Of a stretch of 64,000 bases of DNA, positions 45,825 to 54,070 are shown piece after piece; position 1 is the stretch's first letter, and each line of letters opens with the position of its first letter. Where the stretch lies: NCBI GenBank assembly GCA_965215105.1, contig OZ244051.1, positions 2,113,653 to 2,177,652 of the forward strand, given 5' to 3'. A program made the position numbers and the translations under genes. The notes below the pieces were generated by a model. The model did no database searches. It had not been told where the DNA came from and saw nothing but the letters and a program-made list of their open reading frames with translations. Origin of the DNA: Vicinamibacterales bacterium. GTDB lineage: Bacteria; Acidobacteriota; Vicinamibacteria; Vicinamibacterales; UBA8438.

Positions 45825-46196
45825 CGATATCTCCTCGTCTTCCAAACCTGTTCCAGCAGACTGTTCTGTTGCGCCGGAAAGCCGGCCGTGCAGCCGGAAC
45901 TGCACGCGCCGGGACGGTACCCGGCACTGACGCCCGCGACACGGAGTACGCCGCCGTACGCCACGAGCACGAGCAAAGGACAACGGCGACCGCTACGCGA
46001 TCGACGAATGCAGCGAGTGACGAGAGCTGGCAGCCCCTGGTGAGACCCCGCGTTGCATCGCGCCCGCAGGGCGCCAGCGGACCGCCGAGGCGTCCGCCTG
46101 ACAAGGCGTCAGAAGGGCATATGCAACCGACGAACAACGCGGTCAGGCGGGATGCATCGCCGCTCGAATGCAGCGGGGACTTTCGCCCACGGGCGG

Positions 46197-46484
46197 CTAG
46201 GCGGGGGGAGCGCGGGCGGGGAGACGGGGGAGTCGATCGGATGCAGTCCATCCGCCGCCGGGAAGCGGTTCCAGCCGCTCCGCGACGTCGGCGGGTCCGA
46301 TCTCGACATCGCCGGACAGCTCGGCCACGGGCTGTTGCCGCAACTGGCAGACCGCACAGTCCTGGTCGCCGGCGTGGTCACCGTGCCAAGCGGCTGCGGC
46401 TGACGCGGCACCGACCAGCGCAATCGCCAACGCGGCGATCCGGACGCGCCAGCCGGGGCTACGCCGGGCGAGCCCCGTGTGCAT
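46197..46484 (-). CDS. Small secreted Cys/His-containing protein upstream of the TonB-dependent receptor (95 aa)
   Basis: A strong AGGAGGA lies 4-5 nt upstream of ATG 46484. The signal-like N-terminus is RVRIAALAIALVGAASAAAA, followed by WHGDHAGDQDCAVCQL. The family is not recognised with confidence. Confidence 0.5.
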   Translation of the reverse strand: MHTGLARRSPGWRVRIAALAIALVGAASAAAAWHGDHAGDQDCAVCQLRQQPVAELSGDVEIGPADVAERLEPLPGGGWTASDRLPRLPARAPPA

Positions 46485-46667
46485 GGGTCCTCCTGGGAAG
46501 CACCATCGTCATCGTCGATGTGTCAGCTTAACCGGGATTCTGCGGCCGGGCAAACCGGTGCCGACGACGGCGGCCGGGCATGGACCGCCCCGTGCCGGCG
46601 GGAAGCCGTCGACGCGGCCCGCCGCCCGGCAACCTTCCCCGCACGCCGAATCCGGCCGGAGCGCGCG

Positions 46668-48677
46668 TCAGGCGTCCCGATAGATCCCCTCGATGACATC
46701 CTGCCAGCGCTCCATGACCACGCGGCGCTTGAGCTTCAGGGTGGGGGTCAGCTCGCCGCCGTCGATGGAGAACTGCGTCGGCAGGAGCGCGAAGCGCTTG
46801 ACCTGCTCGAAGCTGGCGAGCTCGGCGTTGGCCTCGTCGACGATGGGCTGGAACAATGCCCGCACGTCCTCGCGCGCGACGAGGTCGCCGAGGTCGCCGG
46901 ACGCGATTCCCGACGCGGCCAGACGCTGCTCCAGGGTCGCGGCGTCCGGCACCAGCACCGCCGACACGTAGGGACGCCGGTCGCCGACGAGCATCGCCTC
47001 GGCGACGATCGGGTCGCGCTTCAGCAGCGCCTCGATCGGCTGCGGGGCGACGTTCTTGCCGCCGGCGGTGACGAGGATCTCCTTCTTGCGGTCGGTGATC
47101 GAGAGGTAACCCTCCTCGTCGATGCGCCCGATGTCGCCGGTGTGGAACCACCCCTCGCGGATGCACTCGGCGGTGGCCTCGGGGTTCTGGTAGTACCCCA
47201 TCATGATGTTCGGCCCGCGCGCCAGCACCTCGCCGTCGTCGGCGATGCGCAGCTCGACCCGGGGCAGGGCCGGCCCGACGGTGCCGATGCGCGCCGCCCC
47301 GAGCGGATTGACGGTCAGAACCGGGGCGGTCTCGGTCAGGCCGTAGCCCTCGAGCACCGGCAGCCCGATGGCGTAGAGGAACTCGGCCACCTCCCGGCTC
47401 AGGGGCGCGCTGCCGGAGCACACGAACCTCAGGCGCCCGCCGGTCCGCGCCCGGATCTTCGACAGCACGAGGCGGTCGGCGACGGGCGCCTGGAGCCGGG
47501 CCATCAGGCCTGCCTTCCGCTCTCCCAGCCGGTCGGCGGCCACGGCGTGGCCGACGCCGGTGGCCCACGCGAACAGCGCCTGCCGCACCCGCGGCGCCTC
47601 CGCGACGGCCGCGACCACCCGCGCCCGGACCTTCTCGAAGACCCGCGGCACGCCGGTCATCACCGTCGGGCGGACCTGCTGCATGTCCCGGCCGATCGTC
47701 TCGAGGGACTCGGCGAAGATGAACGTCGCGCCGTTGTAGAGGTACATGTAGACGGTGGTGCGCTCGAACGCGTGGCTCAGCGGCAGGAACGACAGCGCGG
47801 TGTCGTCCTCGGAGACGCCGATGACCTGGTTGACGTCGGCGACGTTGGCGAGGAAGTTGCGGTGCGAGAGCATCACCCCCTTGGGGTGCCCGGTCGTGCC
47901 CGACGTGTAGATGATGGTGGCCAGCGCGTCGGGCTCGATCGCGTGCGCCCGCTCCTTGTAGATGCGGCCCAGGCCGTCCTCGGTCATCAGCCGGTGGTGC
48001 CCGCGCTCCCTGATCTCGGCGAGCGGGTACTCTCTCAACGGCGCCGGGGCATCCGCCTCGGTTGGGGCCGCGCCGCCGCCCGCCTCCGAAACGACTTCCC
48101 CGGAACCGCCGGCCTCGGGGCCGCCGGACCCGGCCTCGCCCGCGGGGCCGGCCGCACCCGCCTCGGCGAGGTCGGCGGCCTGGACATCCGCGGCGGCTGC
48201 GACGGAGACGGCCGCGCCGCCCGCGGCAGCGCCGCCGTCGAAGACCACGACGGCCTCGACCGCCGGCGCGTCCCGCCGCGCCGCGCGCACCTTCGCGGCC
48301 TGCTCCTCGTCGGCGACCATCACCACCCGGGCGCCGCTGTGGGCCAGGATGTAGCCGACCTGGTTGGCGGGCAGGGTCGGATAGACGGGCACCGTCACCG
48401 CCCCCGCGGTCAGTATCGCGAGGTCGCTGATGACCCACTCCGGGCGGCTGTCCGACAGGATCGCGACGCGGTCGCGCGCCCGGACGCCCAGCGCCCCCAA
48501 TCCCAGGCTGAGATCGCGCACCTCGTCGAAGAGCTGCCGGTTCGACCACTCGCGAACCCGGTCGCCCTCGCAGCGCCCCGTGAGCACCGGCTTGGAAAAG
48601 CGCCCGGACACGCGGAACGGCAACTCCGCCAGGGTCCGGATGTCGGAATCGGTCATGTCGTCACTCCTGTCCGTCAT
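46668..48677 (-). CDS. Long-chain fatty-acid--CoA ligase (AMP-forming, FadD-like) with an Ala/Gly-rich insertion
   Basis: Motifs are the [21 protein letters not shown]-binding motif, [17 protein letters not shown] and [20 protein letters not shown] 48677 overlaps the moaC TGA (ATGA). An alternative ATG at 48656 has AGGAG 8 nt upstream. Confidence 0.9.
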   Translation of the reverse strand: MTDRSDDMTDSDIRTLAELPFRVSGRFSKPVLTGRCEGDRVREWSNRQLFDEVRDLSLGLGALGVRARDRVAILSDSRPEWVISDLAILTAGAVTVPVYPTLPANQVGYILAHSGARVVMVADEEQAAKVRAARRDAPAVEAVVVFDGGAAAGGAAVSVAAAADVQAADLAEAGAAGPAGEAGSGGPEAGGSGEVVSEAGGGAAPTEADAPAPLREYPLAEIRERGHHRLMTEDGLGRIYKERAHAIEPDALATIIYTSGTTGHPKGVMLSHRNFLANVADVNQVIGVSEDDTALSFLPLSHAFERTTVYMYLYNGATFIFAESLETIGRDMQQVRPTVMTGVPRVFEKVRARVVAAVAEAPRVRQALFAWATGVGHAVAADRLGERKAGLMARLQAPVADRLVLSKIRARTGGRLRFVCSGSAPLSREVAEFLYAIGLPVLEGYGLTETAPVLTVNPLGAARIGTVGPALPRVELRIADDGEVLARGPNIMMGYYQNPEATAECIREGWFHTGDIGRIDEEGYLSITDRKKEILVTAGGKNVAPQPIEALLKRDPIVAEAMLVGDRRPYVSAVLVPDAATLEQRLAASGIASGDLGDLVAREDVRALFQPIVDEANAELASFEQVKRFALLPTQFSIDGGELTPTLKLKRRVVMERWQDVIEGIYRDA

Positions 48678-49186
48678 CGCTGCCGGCGGTACTCGCCGCC
48701 GCGGCCGCCCGATTTCCGCATCAGGCGAATCTCGCCGATCACCATCGTCTTGTCGACCGCCTTCACCATGTCGTAGACCGTCAGTGCGGCCGCCGCCACC
48801 GCGGTCAGGGCCTCCATCTCGACGCCCGTCCGGGCCGTCGTCCGCGCCACCGCCTCGATGTCGTAGCCGTCGGGACGCTCCTGCAGATCGACCTCGACGT
48901 GCGAGAGCGGCAGGGGATGGCACAGGGGGATGATGTCCGCGGTCCGCTTCGCGGCCATGATCCCGGCGATCCGGGCCGCCTGCAACGGGTCGCCCTTGGC
49001 GATCCGCCTCTCGCGGACCGCGGCCAGCGCATCCGCGGCGATCGTGATGGAGCCGCGCGCCACCGCCTCGCGGCGCGTGACGGCCTTGGCCCCGACGTCG
49101 ACCATGCGAACGCGGCCCTCGGCATCCACGTGAGACAGGCGCGTCCCCGCGTCGCCGCCCGACGTGCGCGACCCGGTCTCGGGCAT
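48674..49186 (-). CDS. moaC: Cyclic pyranopterin monophosphate synthase MoaC (170 aa)
   Basis: [28 protein letters not shown] and [20 protein letters not shown] are canonical MoaC blocks. Confidence 0.92.
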   Translation of the reverse strand: MPETGSRTSGGDAGTRLSHVDAEGRVRMVDVGAKAVTRREAVARGSITIAADALAAVRERRIAKGDPLQAARIAGIMAAKRTADIIPLCHPLPLSHVEVDLQERPDGYDIEAVARTTARTGVEMEALTAVAAAALTVYDMVKAVDKTMVIGEIRLMRKSGGRGGEYRRQR

Positions 49187-49190
49187 GGGG

Positions 49191-49838
49191 CTAGGGGCGG
49201 GGCGGCCGGTCGACGCCGCGGGCCAGATGAAAGGAGAGGCTCTCGAGCGACACGGTCAGATCGACGCTCTTCAGCTTGACGTCCGGCGGCACCCGCAACG
49301 CGCCCGGCGAGAAGTTGAGCAATGCCTTGATGCCCGCCTCGACCACGGTGTTCACCACCATCTGCGCAGACTCGGCGGGAACCGCGACCACCGCGATGGT
49401 GATCTGCTCCCGGCGCGCGACCCGCTTCAGATCGCGGATGTCATGGATGGGCACGCCGCTCCGCGACCGGCGCCCCACCTTCTCGGGAAGGGTATCGAAC
49501 AGCGCGACGATTCGGAACCCCTCCTTGCGGAACCCGGGATAGTCGGCGAGGGCGAACCCCAGGTTGCCGGCGCCGACGATGGTCACGTTGAGGCGCCGGT
49601 CGAGCCCCAGAATCTGCCGCAGGCGCTGCCGCAGGTCCGCGACCACGTACCCCACGCCGCGCACGCCGAGATCGCCGAAGTGCGACAGGTCCTTGCGAAT
49701 GAGGGCCGCGTTCAGATCGAACCGCGCCGCGAGCACCTTGGACGACACGGTGCGCACGCCGCCGGCCTCGAGCTCGTTCAGGAACCGAAGATACAGCGAC
49801 AACCGATTGGTGGTCTGCTCGGAAACCTGCTCTGCCAT
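49191..49838 (-). CDS. rex: Redox-sensing transcriptional repressor Rex (215 aa)
   Basis: I trimmed the ORF to ATG 49838. The N-terminal wHTH ([25 protein letters not shown]) is followed by a Rossmann fold ([10 protein letters not shown]). It is the first gene of a rex-moaC-fadD string. Confidence 0.9.
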   Translation of the reverse strand: MAEQVSEQTTNRLSLYLRFLNELEAGGVRTVSSKVLAARFDLNAALIRKDLSHFGDLGVRGVGYVVADLRQRLRQILGLDRRLNVTIVGAGNLGFALADYPGFRKEGFRIVALFDTLPEKVGRRSRSGVPIHDIRDLKRVARREQITIAVVAVPAESAQMVVNTVVEAGIKALLNFSPGALRVPPDVKLKSVDLTVSLESLSFHLARGVDRPPRP

Positions 49839-49912
49839 GACAACCCGGCCGGCCCGCCGCGGCGCCCCGCGGCACCGCAACTGACGGAGAGAGTATATGT
49901 TAGGATAGCGGC

Positions 49913-51091
49913 GTGCGGAGCACGTCAACCGGCGGCGGACGCCTTCTCTCCACGCCGGGCCGCCCGGCGCCGCACCTCCGGCGGCTGTGGTTCGCGGCCG
50001 CCGCGGCGCTTCTCCTCGCCGGCGTGCTGCGCCCCGCGGTCCCCGCCGCCCAGCCGCTTCGCTACAAGCCGACGACCCTGGCCGCCCTCGACGCCTATCC
50101 CAGCTTCTTCCACCGCCAGCCGGTGGTCGTTCGGGCGACGCCGGAGGGCGATCTGCAGGACGTGTTCGTCAGCGACGGGGAACGGCGCTTCCGCGCGCTC
50201 TACGTCGCCCCGCCGGTCGCCGACGAGCGCGACGTCCTCGAGATCGAGGGCACGTTCTGGGACGTGGGCCGTCTCCAGCCGGAAGACCCCCGGGTGGCCG
50301 GCCACGGCATCGCCGCCATGTCCGAACGGCTGCTCGGCAAGCCGTGGCCTTCGACCGGTGAGCTTCGACTCCTCATCGCGGACGACACACGGCGGGCGGA
50401 GCCCCCCGACGGCGCCACCATCCGGACGATCTCGCTCGAGCCGGTCCGCTACCGTGACCGCACCGTCACCGTGACCGGCCGGTTCCGTGCCCGCAACCTG
50501 TTCGGCGACCTCCCGGAGGCGCCGGGCCGCACCCGCGACGACTTCGTGCTGCGGTCGGGCGATGCTTCCATCTGGATCGTGGGCATGGAGCCGAAGGGGG
50601 ACGGCTTCGACTTCGACGTGATGGCCAGGGTCGACACCAACCGCTGGCTGCAGGTCACCGGCGTCGTCGGCGGCGGCAGCCATCTCGCCACCATCGAGGC
50701 CGAGAGCCTCGCCGCGGTCGACCGGCCCGCCGCCACCGCCCGCCGGGCCGCGCCCCGGCCCGAGCAGCGGCTGCCGGCCGAGGTCATCTTCTCGGCCCCG
50801 ACCCAGGACGACACCGGGGTGGCGGTCGACGCGCTCGTCCGTTTCCAGTTCTCGCGCGACATGAATCCGGACTCGTTCGCCGGGAACGTGCGGGCGGCCT
50901 ACGTCGGCACCGCCGGCGCGCTGGACCTGACGCCCGAGTATCGCTCGCGCAACCGGGTCCTGAACGTGCAGTTCGCCGAGCCCCTGCTCCCCTACCGGCC
51001 GGTCGTCGTGACTCTCGGCGACGGGATCGAGGCCATGGACGGCGCCGCGCTGATCCCCTACACGCTGCGGTTCGCCACCGGCGGCTCCTGA
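49913..51091 (+). CDS. Hypothetical secreted or anchored protein with a C-terminal Ig-like (SbsA_Ig-like) domain (392 aa)
   Basis: The ORF has a GTG start. A hydrophobic N-terminal segment is LWFAAAAALLLAGVL. The C-terminal region VIFSAPTQDDTGVAVDALVRFQFSRDMNPDSF resembles bacterial Ig-like domains. Confidence 0.65.
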   Translation: MRSTSTGGGRLLSTPGRPAPHLRRLWFAAAAALLLAGVLRPAVPAAQPLRYKPTTLAALDAYPSFFHRQPVVVRATPEGDLQDVFVSDGERRFRALYVAPPVADERDVLEIEGTFWDVGRLQPEDPRVAGHGIAAMSERLLGKPWPSTGELRLLIADDTRRAEPPDGATIRTISLEPVRYRDRTVTVTGRFRARNLFGDLPEAPGRTRDDFVLRSGDASIWIVGMEPKGDGFDFDVMARVDTNRWLQVTGVVGGGSHLATIEAESLAAVDRPAATARRAAPRPEQRLPAEVIFSAPTQDDTGVAVDALVRFQFSRDMNPDSFAGNVRAAYVGTAGALDLTPEYRSRNRVLNVQFAEPLLPYRPVVVTLGDGIEAMDGAALIPYTLRFATGGS

Positions 51092-51129
51092 GGGCCACGC
51101 GGCTCGCGCGACCGACGGCCCGGCCTCGG

Positions 51130-51882
51130 TCAGGGGACGGGCCCTGCCGCCAGCAACCCCTCCATCGCCGCTCGGGTGGCCTCTATCAGCTCGTCGCGGC
51201 GGGCGAAGCCGAACCGGCGCGACTCGATGGGCGGCCCGATCCGCACGCTGACGGTGACGGGGCGGATGATGGGGCTGCCCCGGCGCATCGCCTCGCCCGC
51301 GCCGAGTATCGTCAGGGGCACGACGGCCGCGGCGCCCCGGATCGCCATCACGAATCCGCCCTTCTTGAACGGCAGGAGCTCGCCGCTCCGGCTCCGCGTG
51401 CCTTCGGGGAAGACGAGGAACGAGAAGCCGCCCCTGAGCGCCGCGGCCGCGGTGTCGATGGCAGCCCGGCTCTGCTCCCGGTTGCGGCGCTCGATGGGAA
51501 CAAACCCGGCGACCCCGAACGCCACGGGCAGCAACGGCAGCTTCCGGAGCTCCGCCTTGTAGAGGATGCGCAGCCTCGGGTGCACGGCGCGAAGCGCCAT
51601 GTAGACGATGGGCGGCTCCAGGTTGCTGGTGTGGTTGACGCAGTACACGGTGGGACGGTCGCCCCGGACGTGCTCGGCCCCGGCGACCCGGTACCGGATG
51701 CCGACAGCGGCCAGCCCGATGCGGACCCCCTGGCGGCCGAGCCAGTAGAGCACGCCGGGATGCCGCACGACGAGGGCGACCGCCATCCCCACGGGCGCCG
51801 TCACGAGGACGTAGAGGGAGACGATCACGTAGGCGGCGAGGGACCTGAGGGCGGCGACGGCGGTGGAGTGCGCGAAACGCAT
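51130..51882 (-). CDS. plsC: 1-acyl-sn-glycerol-3-phosphate acyltransferase family protein (250 aa)
   Basis: CVNHTSNLEPP (HX4D/E-type acyltransferase motif), FPEGTRSRSG and an N-terminal TM segment are present. Confidence 0.85.
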   Translation of the reverse strand: MRFAHSTAVAALRSLAAYVIVSLYVLVTAPVGMAVALVVRHPGVLYWLGRQGVRIGLAAVGIRYRVAGAEHVRGDRPTVYCVNHTSNLEPPIVYMALRAVHPRLRILYKAELRKLPLLPVAFGVAGFVPIERRNREQSRAAIDTAAAALRGGFSFLVFPEGTRSRSGELLPFKKGGFVMAIRGAAAVVPLTILGAGEAMRRGSPIIRPVTVSVRIGPPIESRRFGFARRDELIEATRAAMEGLLAAGPVP

Positions 51883-51907
51883 CGTCGAAACGGGGCCGGC
51901 GCATACG

Positions 51908-51942
51908 AAAAGAGCCCGGTCCGGCGCCGCCGGACCGGGCTC
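51908..51942 (-). terminator. Intrinsic terminator after carD
   Basis: A perfect 13-bp stem (GAGCCCGGTCCGG / CCGGACCGGGCTC, 51912..51924 pairing with 51930..51942) has a 5-nt loop. It is followed on the minus strand by TTTTCGTATG, 22 nt after the carD stop. Confidence 0.6.
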
Positions 51943-51963
51943 TCCAAGGACACCGATCAGCCT

Positions 51964-52566
51964 TCAGGACGCACGGGCTTCCTGCGTCCGGGCCGCAGGG
52001 GCCTTCGTCGCCTTGGCGACGGTCGCCTTCGGCTTGGCCTTCGCCGCCTTGGCCCGGGCCATGGCCCGATCCCGGTTGACGAAGCAGCGGTCGAGCGCCT
52101 TGTTCACCCTCTCGTCGATGGCCTCGGCGCTGACACCCACGACCTCGGAGATCTCGGACACGACCAGGAACTTCGCCCGGTCGAGCATGCGCTTCTCGCG
52201 GAACGACAGGTTCTTCGACTTGGCGAGGAACGTGAGGTTCTTCAGCACGTCGATCACGTCGTAGATCGAGCCGGTGCGCATCTTGTCCGAGTTGTCCTTG
52301 AAACGTCCCTTCCAGTTCTGGTGATTGTCGATCTTGCCGTTCCCGAGCAGCGTGAACAGCTTCTTGACCTCCCTGTCACCGATTGCACGACGCAGCCCCA
52401 CGCCGTCGACGTTGTCGACGGGGACGAGCACGGTGGTGTCGCTGTCCGCCATACGCAACGAATAGAATCCGCAGGTCGTCCCCATGATCGTCCGGGTCTC
52501 GATGCACTGCACGACACCCAGACCGTGGTTCGGATAGATGACCTTGTCTCCAACTTCGAACTTCAC
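51964..52566 (-). CDS. carD: CarD/CdnL-family RNA-polymerase-binding transcription regulator (200 aa)
   Basis: The sequence MKFEVGDKVIYPNHGLGVVQCIE...NWKGRFKDNSDKMRTGSIYDVIDVLKNL is the canonical CarD_CdnL_TRCF domain. A Lys/Ala-rich tail follows. Confidence 0.92.
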   Translation of the reverse strand: MKFEVGDKVIYPNHGLGVVQCIETRTIMGTTCGFYSLRMADSDTTVLVPVDNVDGVGLRRAIGDREVKKLFTLLGNGKIDNHQNWKGRFKDNSDKMRTGSIYDVIDVLKNLTFLAKSKNLSFREKRMLDRAKFLVVSEISEVVGVSAEAIDERVNKALDRCFVNRDRAMARAKAAKAKPKATVAKATKAPAARTQEARAS

Positions 52567-52614
52567 GTAACCCCCCAGTTGGAATCCGGCTATGGCGCGC
52601 TTCGAAATCTGCTC

Positions 52615-52643
52615 AGTATAGCCCGTTTTGCGCCTTGGATCAA
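52615..52643 (-). promoter_or_regulatory. Sigma70-type promoter of carD (TTGATC, 17-nt spacer, TATACT)
   Basis: On the minus strand TTGATC lies at 52643..52638 and TATACT at 52620..52615, an exact 17-nt spacer. It is about 50 nt upstream of the carD GTG at 52566. Confidence 0.5.
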
Positions 52644-52731
52644 CGGCAAACCCATCATTTCTCGACGGTTACGGAATCCGCGGCCCCAGCCCGGAGAGCG
52701 TCGCCTCCGGCTCCGCTCGCCGCCCAACCAA

Positions 52732-52772
52732 CCCTCCAGGAGTCCGCGCCGTTCTACGGCGCAGACTCCTGG
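52732..52772. repeat. REP-like palindromic element, best copy
   Basis: The sequence is CCCTCCAGGAGTCCGCGCCGTTCTACGGCGCAGACTCCTGG. The arms CCAGGAGTC-C-GCGCCG and CGGCGC-A-GACTCCTGG flank the loop TTCTA. Confidence 0.75.
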
Positions 52773-52814
52773 CCCGCCAACCGTCGCCCGCGGCTCCGCC
52801 CGGCGCCCGGCCGA

Positions 52815-52852
52815 CCCTTCGGGAGTCCGCGCCGTCACGGCGCGGGCTCCGA
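52815..52852. repeat. REP-like palindromic element, variant copy about 83 nt downstream of the best copy
   Basis: The sequence is CCCTTCGGGAGTCCGCGCCGTCACGGCGCGGGCTCCGA. It shares the GGAGTCCGCGCCG arm, with loop TCA. Confidence 0.6.
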
Positions 52853-52975
52853 CCCGCCCGCGGTTCCGGACCGCCCCGCGCGGCCGACGGCCCCGCCGGC
52901 GGGGCCGTCGGCGAGTCGAAAGTACTGTAGAGTAGGGGCTGGCGCGACCGACCGTGGTTCGATCAGGAGACTGCC

Positions 52976-53551
52976 ATGCGTAGACGGGCCGCAATGCTGA
53001 CGGCGGTGCTGGCGATCGTCGTTTCGGCGCCGATCACCCCGCCGGCGGTGACCGCCCGCCAGCCGGGAGAGAGCCTCGCCCCCTACGTTCCCACACCGTA
53101 CGACGTGGTGAACCGGATGCTCGAGCTGGCCGAGGTGACCCGTGACGACGTCGTCTACGACCTCGGCTGCGGGGACGGCCGCATCGTCATCACCGCGGCC
53201 GAGCGCTTCGGCGCCCGCGGCGTCGGCATCGACTACGACCCGGAGCGGATCGCCGAGGCGAACGCCAACGCGGCGCGCCGGGGCGTGCAGGACCTCGTGA
53301 CCTTCATCCAGCAGGACGCGATGCAGGCCGACGTGTCCGAGGCCACCGTCGTCACCCTCTACCTGCTCTCGTCGTCGAACCGGAAGCTGCGCCCGATCCT
53401 GACGAGACAGCTCGGGCCGGGCGCGCGCATCGTGTCGCACGCCTTTCGCATGGGCGACTGGCGGCCGGACGTGACGCACGAGTTCGAGGACGAGCGCGGC
53501 ACCACGCGCACCCTGCACCTGTGGCGCGCCGACGGCGTCGTGCGCCCGTAG
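52976..53551 (+). CDS. Class I SAM-dependent methyltransferase with an N-terminal signal or anchor (191 aa)
   Basis: CAGGAGA lies upstream of the ATG. VYDLGCGDGRIVITAA is SAM motif I, followed by GVGIDYDP and VVTLYLL. Confidence 0.8.
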   Translation: MRRRAAMLTAVLAIVVSAPITPPAVTARQPGESLAPYVPTPYDVVNRMLELAEVTRDDVVYDLGCGDGRIVITAAERFGARGVGIDYDPERIAEANANAARRGVQDLVTFIQQDAMQADVSEATVVTLYLLSSSNRKLRPILTRQLGPGARIVSHAFRMGDWRPDVTHEFEDERGTTRTLHLWRADGVVRP

Positions 53552-53571
53552 CGGCACCGCGAACCTTCCGT

Positions 53572-53660
53572 GCCGGAGTGGTGAAACTGGCAGACGCGCG
53601 GGACTCAAAATCCCGTGGGCCTTACGGCCCGTGTGGGTTCGACCCCCACCTCCGGCACCA
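53572..53660 (+). tRNA. tRNA-Leu (anticodon CAA), type II with a long variable arm and an encoded CCA
   Basis: The acceptor stem is GCCGGAG / CTCCGGC, followed by discriminator A and CCA. The anticodon loop is CTCAAAA with CAA at 53606..53608. The variable arm is GTGGGCCTTACGGCCCGT and the T arm is GTGGGTTCGACCCCCAC. The sequence is collinear with E. coli tRNA-Leu. Confidence 0.9.
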
Positions 53661-53694
53661 ACACGGCCTCCCGGGCGGCGCGCCCCGGCGGCGA

Positions 53695-54048
53695 TCAGTG
53701 CACGGCGGACGCATGGGCGCCGGACGAGATGACCCGGGCGATCATCTGGGTCAGCTCGTCGGCCGGCAGGTCGAAGGGGCCGGCGGCGATGGCGCCGCTG
53801 GGGATCTCGATGGCAATCGCCACCCCGGCCCCAGCCGCGGTGACGATCCAGCTCAGGCCGCGCAGGGAGACCTCGCCGGGCTCCGCCTCCTCCTTGCGGT
53901 TCACCCGGTCGAACACCCGCAGTATCGACAGCAGCACCTCGCGCACGTCCGCGTCCGTCCAGCCCGGCGGCTCGGGACCGGGGTAGGTCACCGTCTCGGC
54001 GACCACGTCGTCGGTCCCCTTCAGCAGCACCTCGACGTCGAAGGTCAT
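53695..54048 (-). CDS. Hypothetical protein (117 aa)
   Basis: The non-repetitive sequence is MTFDVEVLLKGTDDVVAETVTYPGPEPPGWTDADVREVLLSILRVFDRVNRKEE. It starts 22 nt after the stop of the upstream DUF255 gene on the same strand. Confidence 0.55.
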   Translation of the reverse strand: MTFDVEVLLKGTDDVVAETVTYPGPEPPGWTDADVREVLLSILRVFDRVNRKEEAEPGEVSLRGLSWIVTAAGAGVAIAIEIPSGAIAAGPFDLPADELTQMIARVISSGAHASAVH

Positions 54049-54070
54049 GCGGTGGCTCCTCTCGCCGCCG

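Noticed and set aside
45825-46196. Cobalamin or other riboswitch in the long leader of the TonB-dependent receptor
   Set aside because: Reading the minus strand, I could not find the B12-box or other riboswitch core sequences that I know. Only short TGCAT-type repeats are evident. A covariance-model scan would be needed to settle this.
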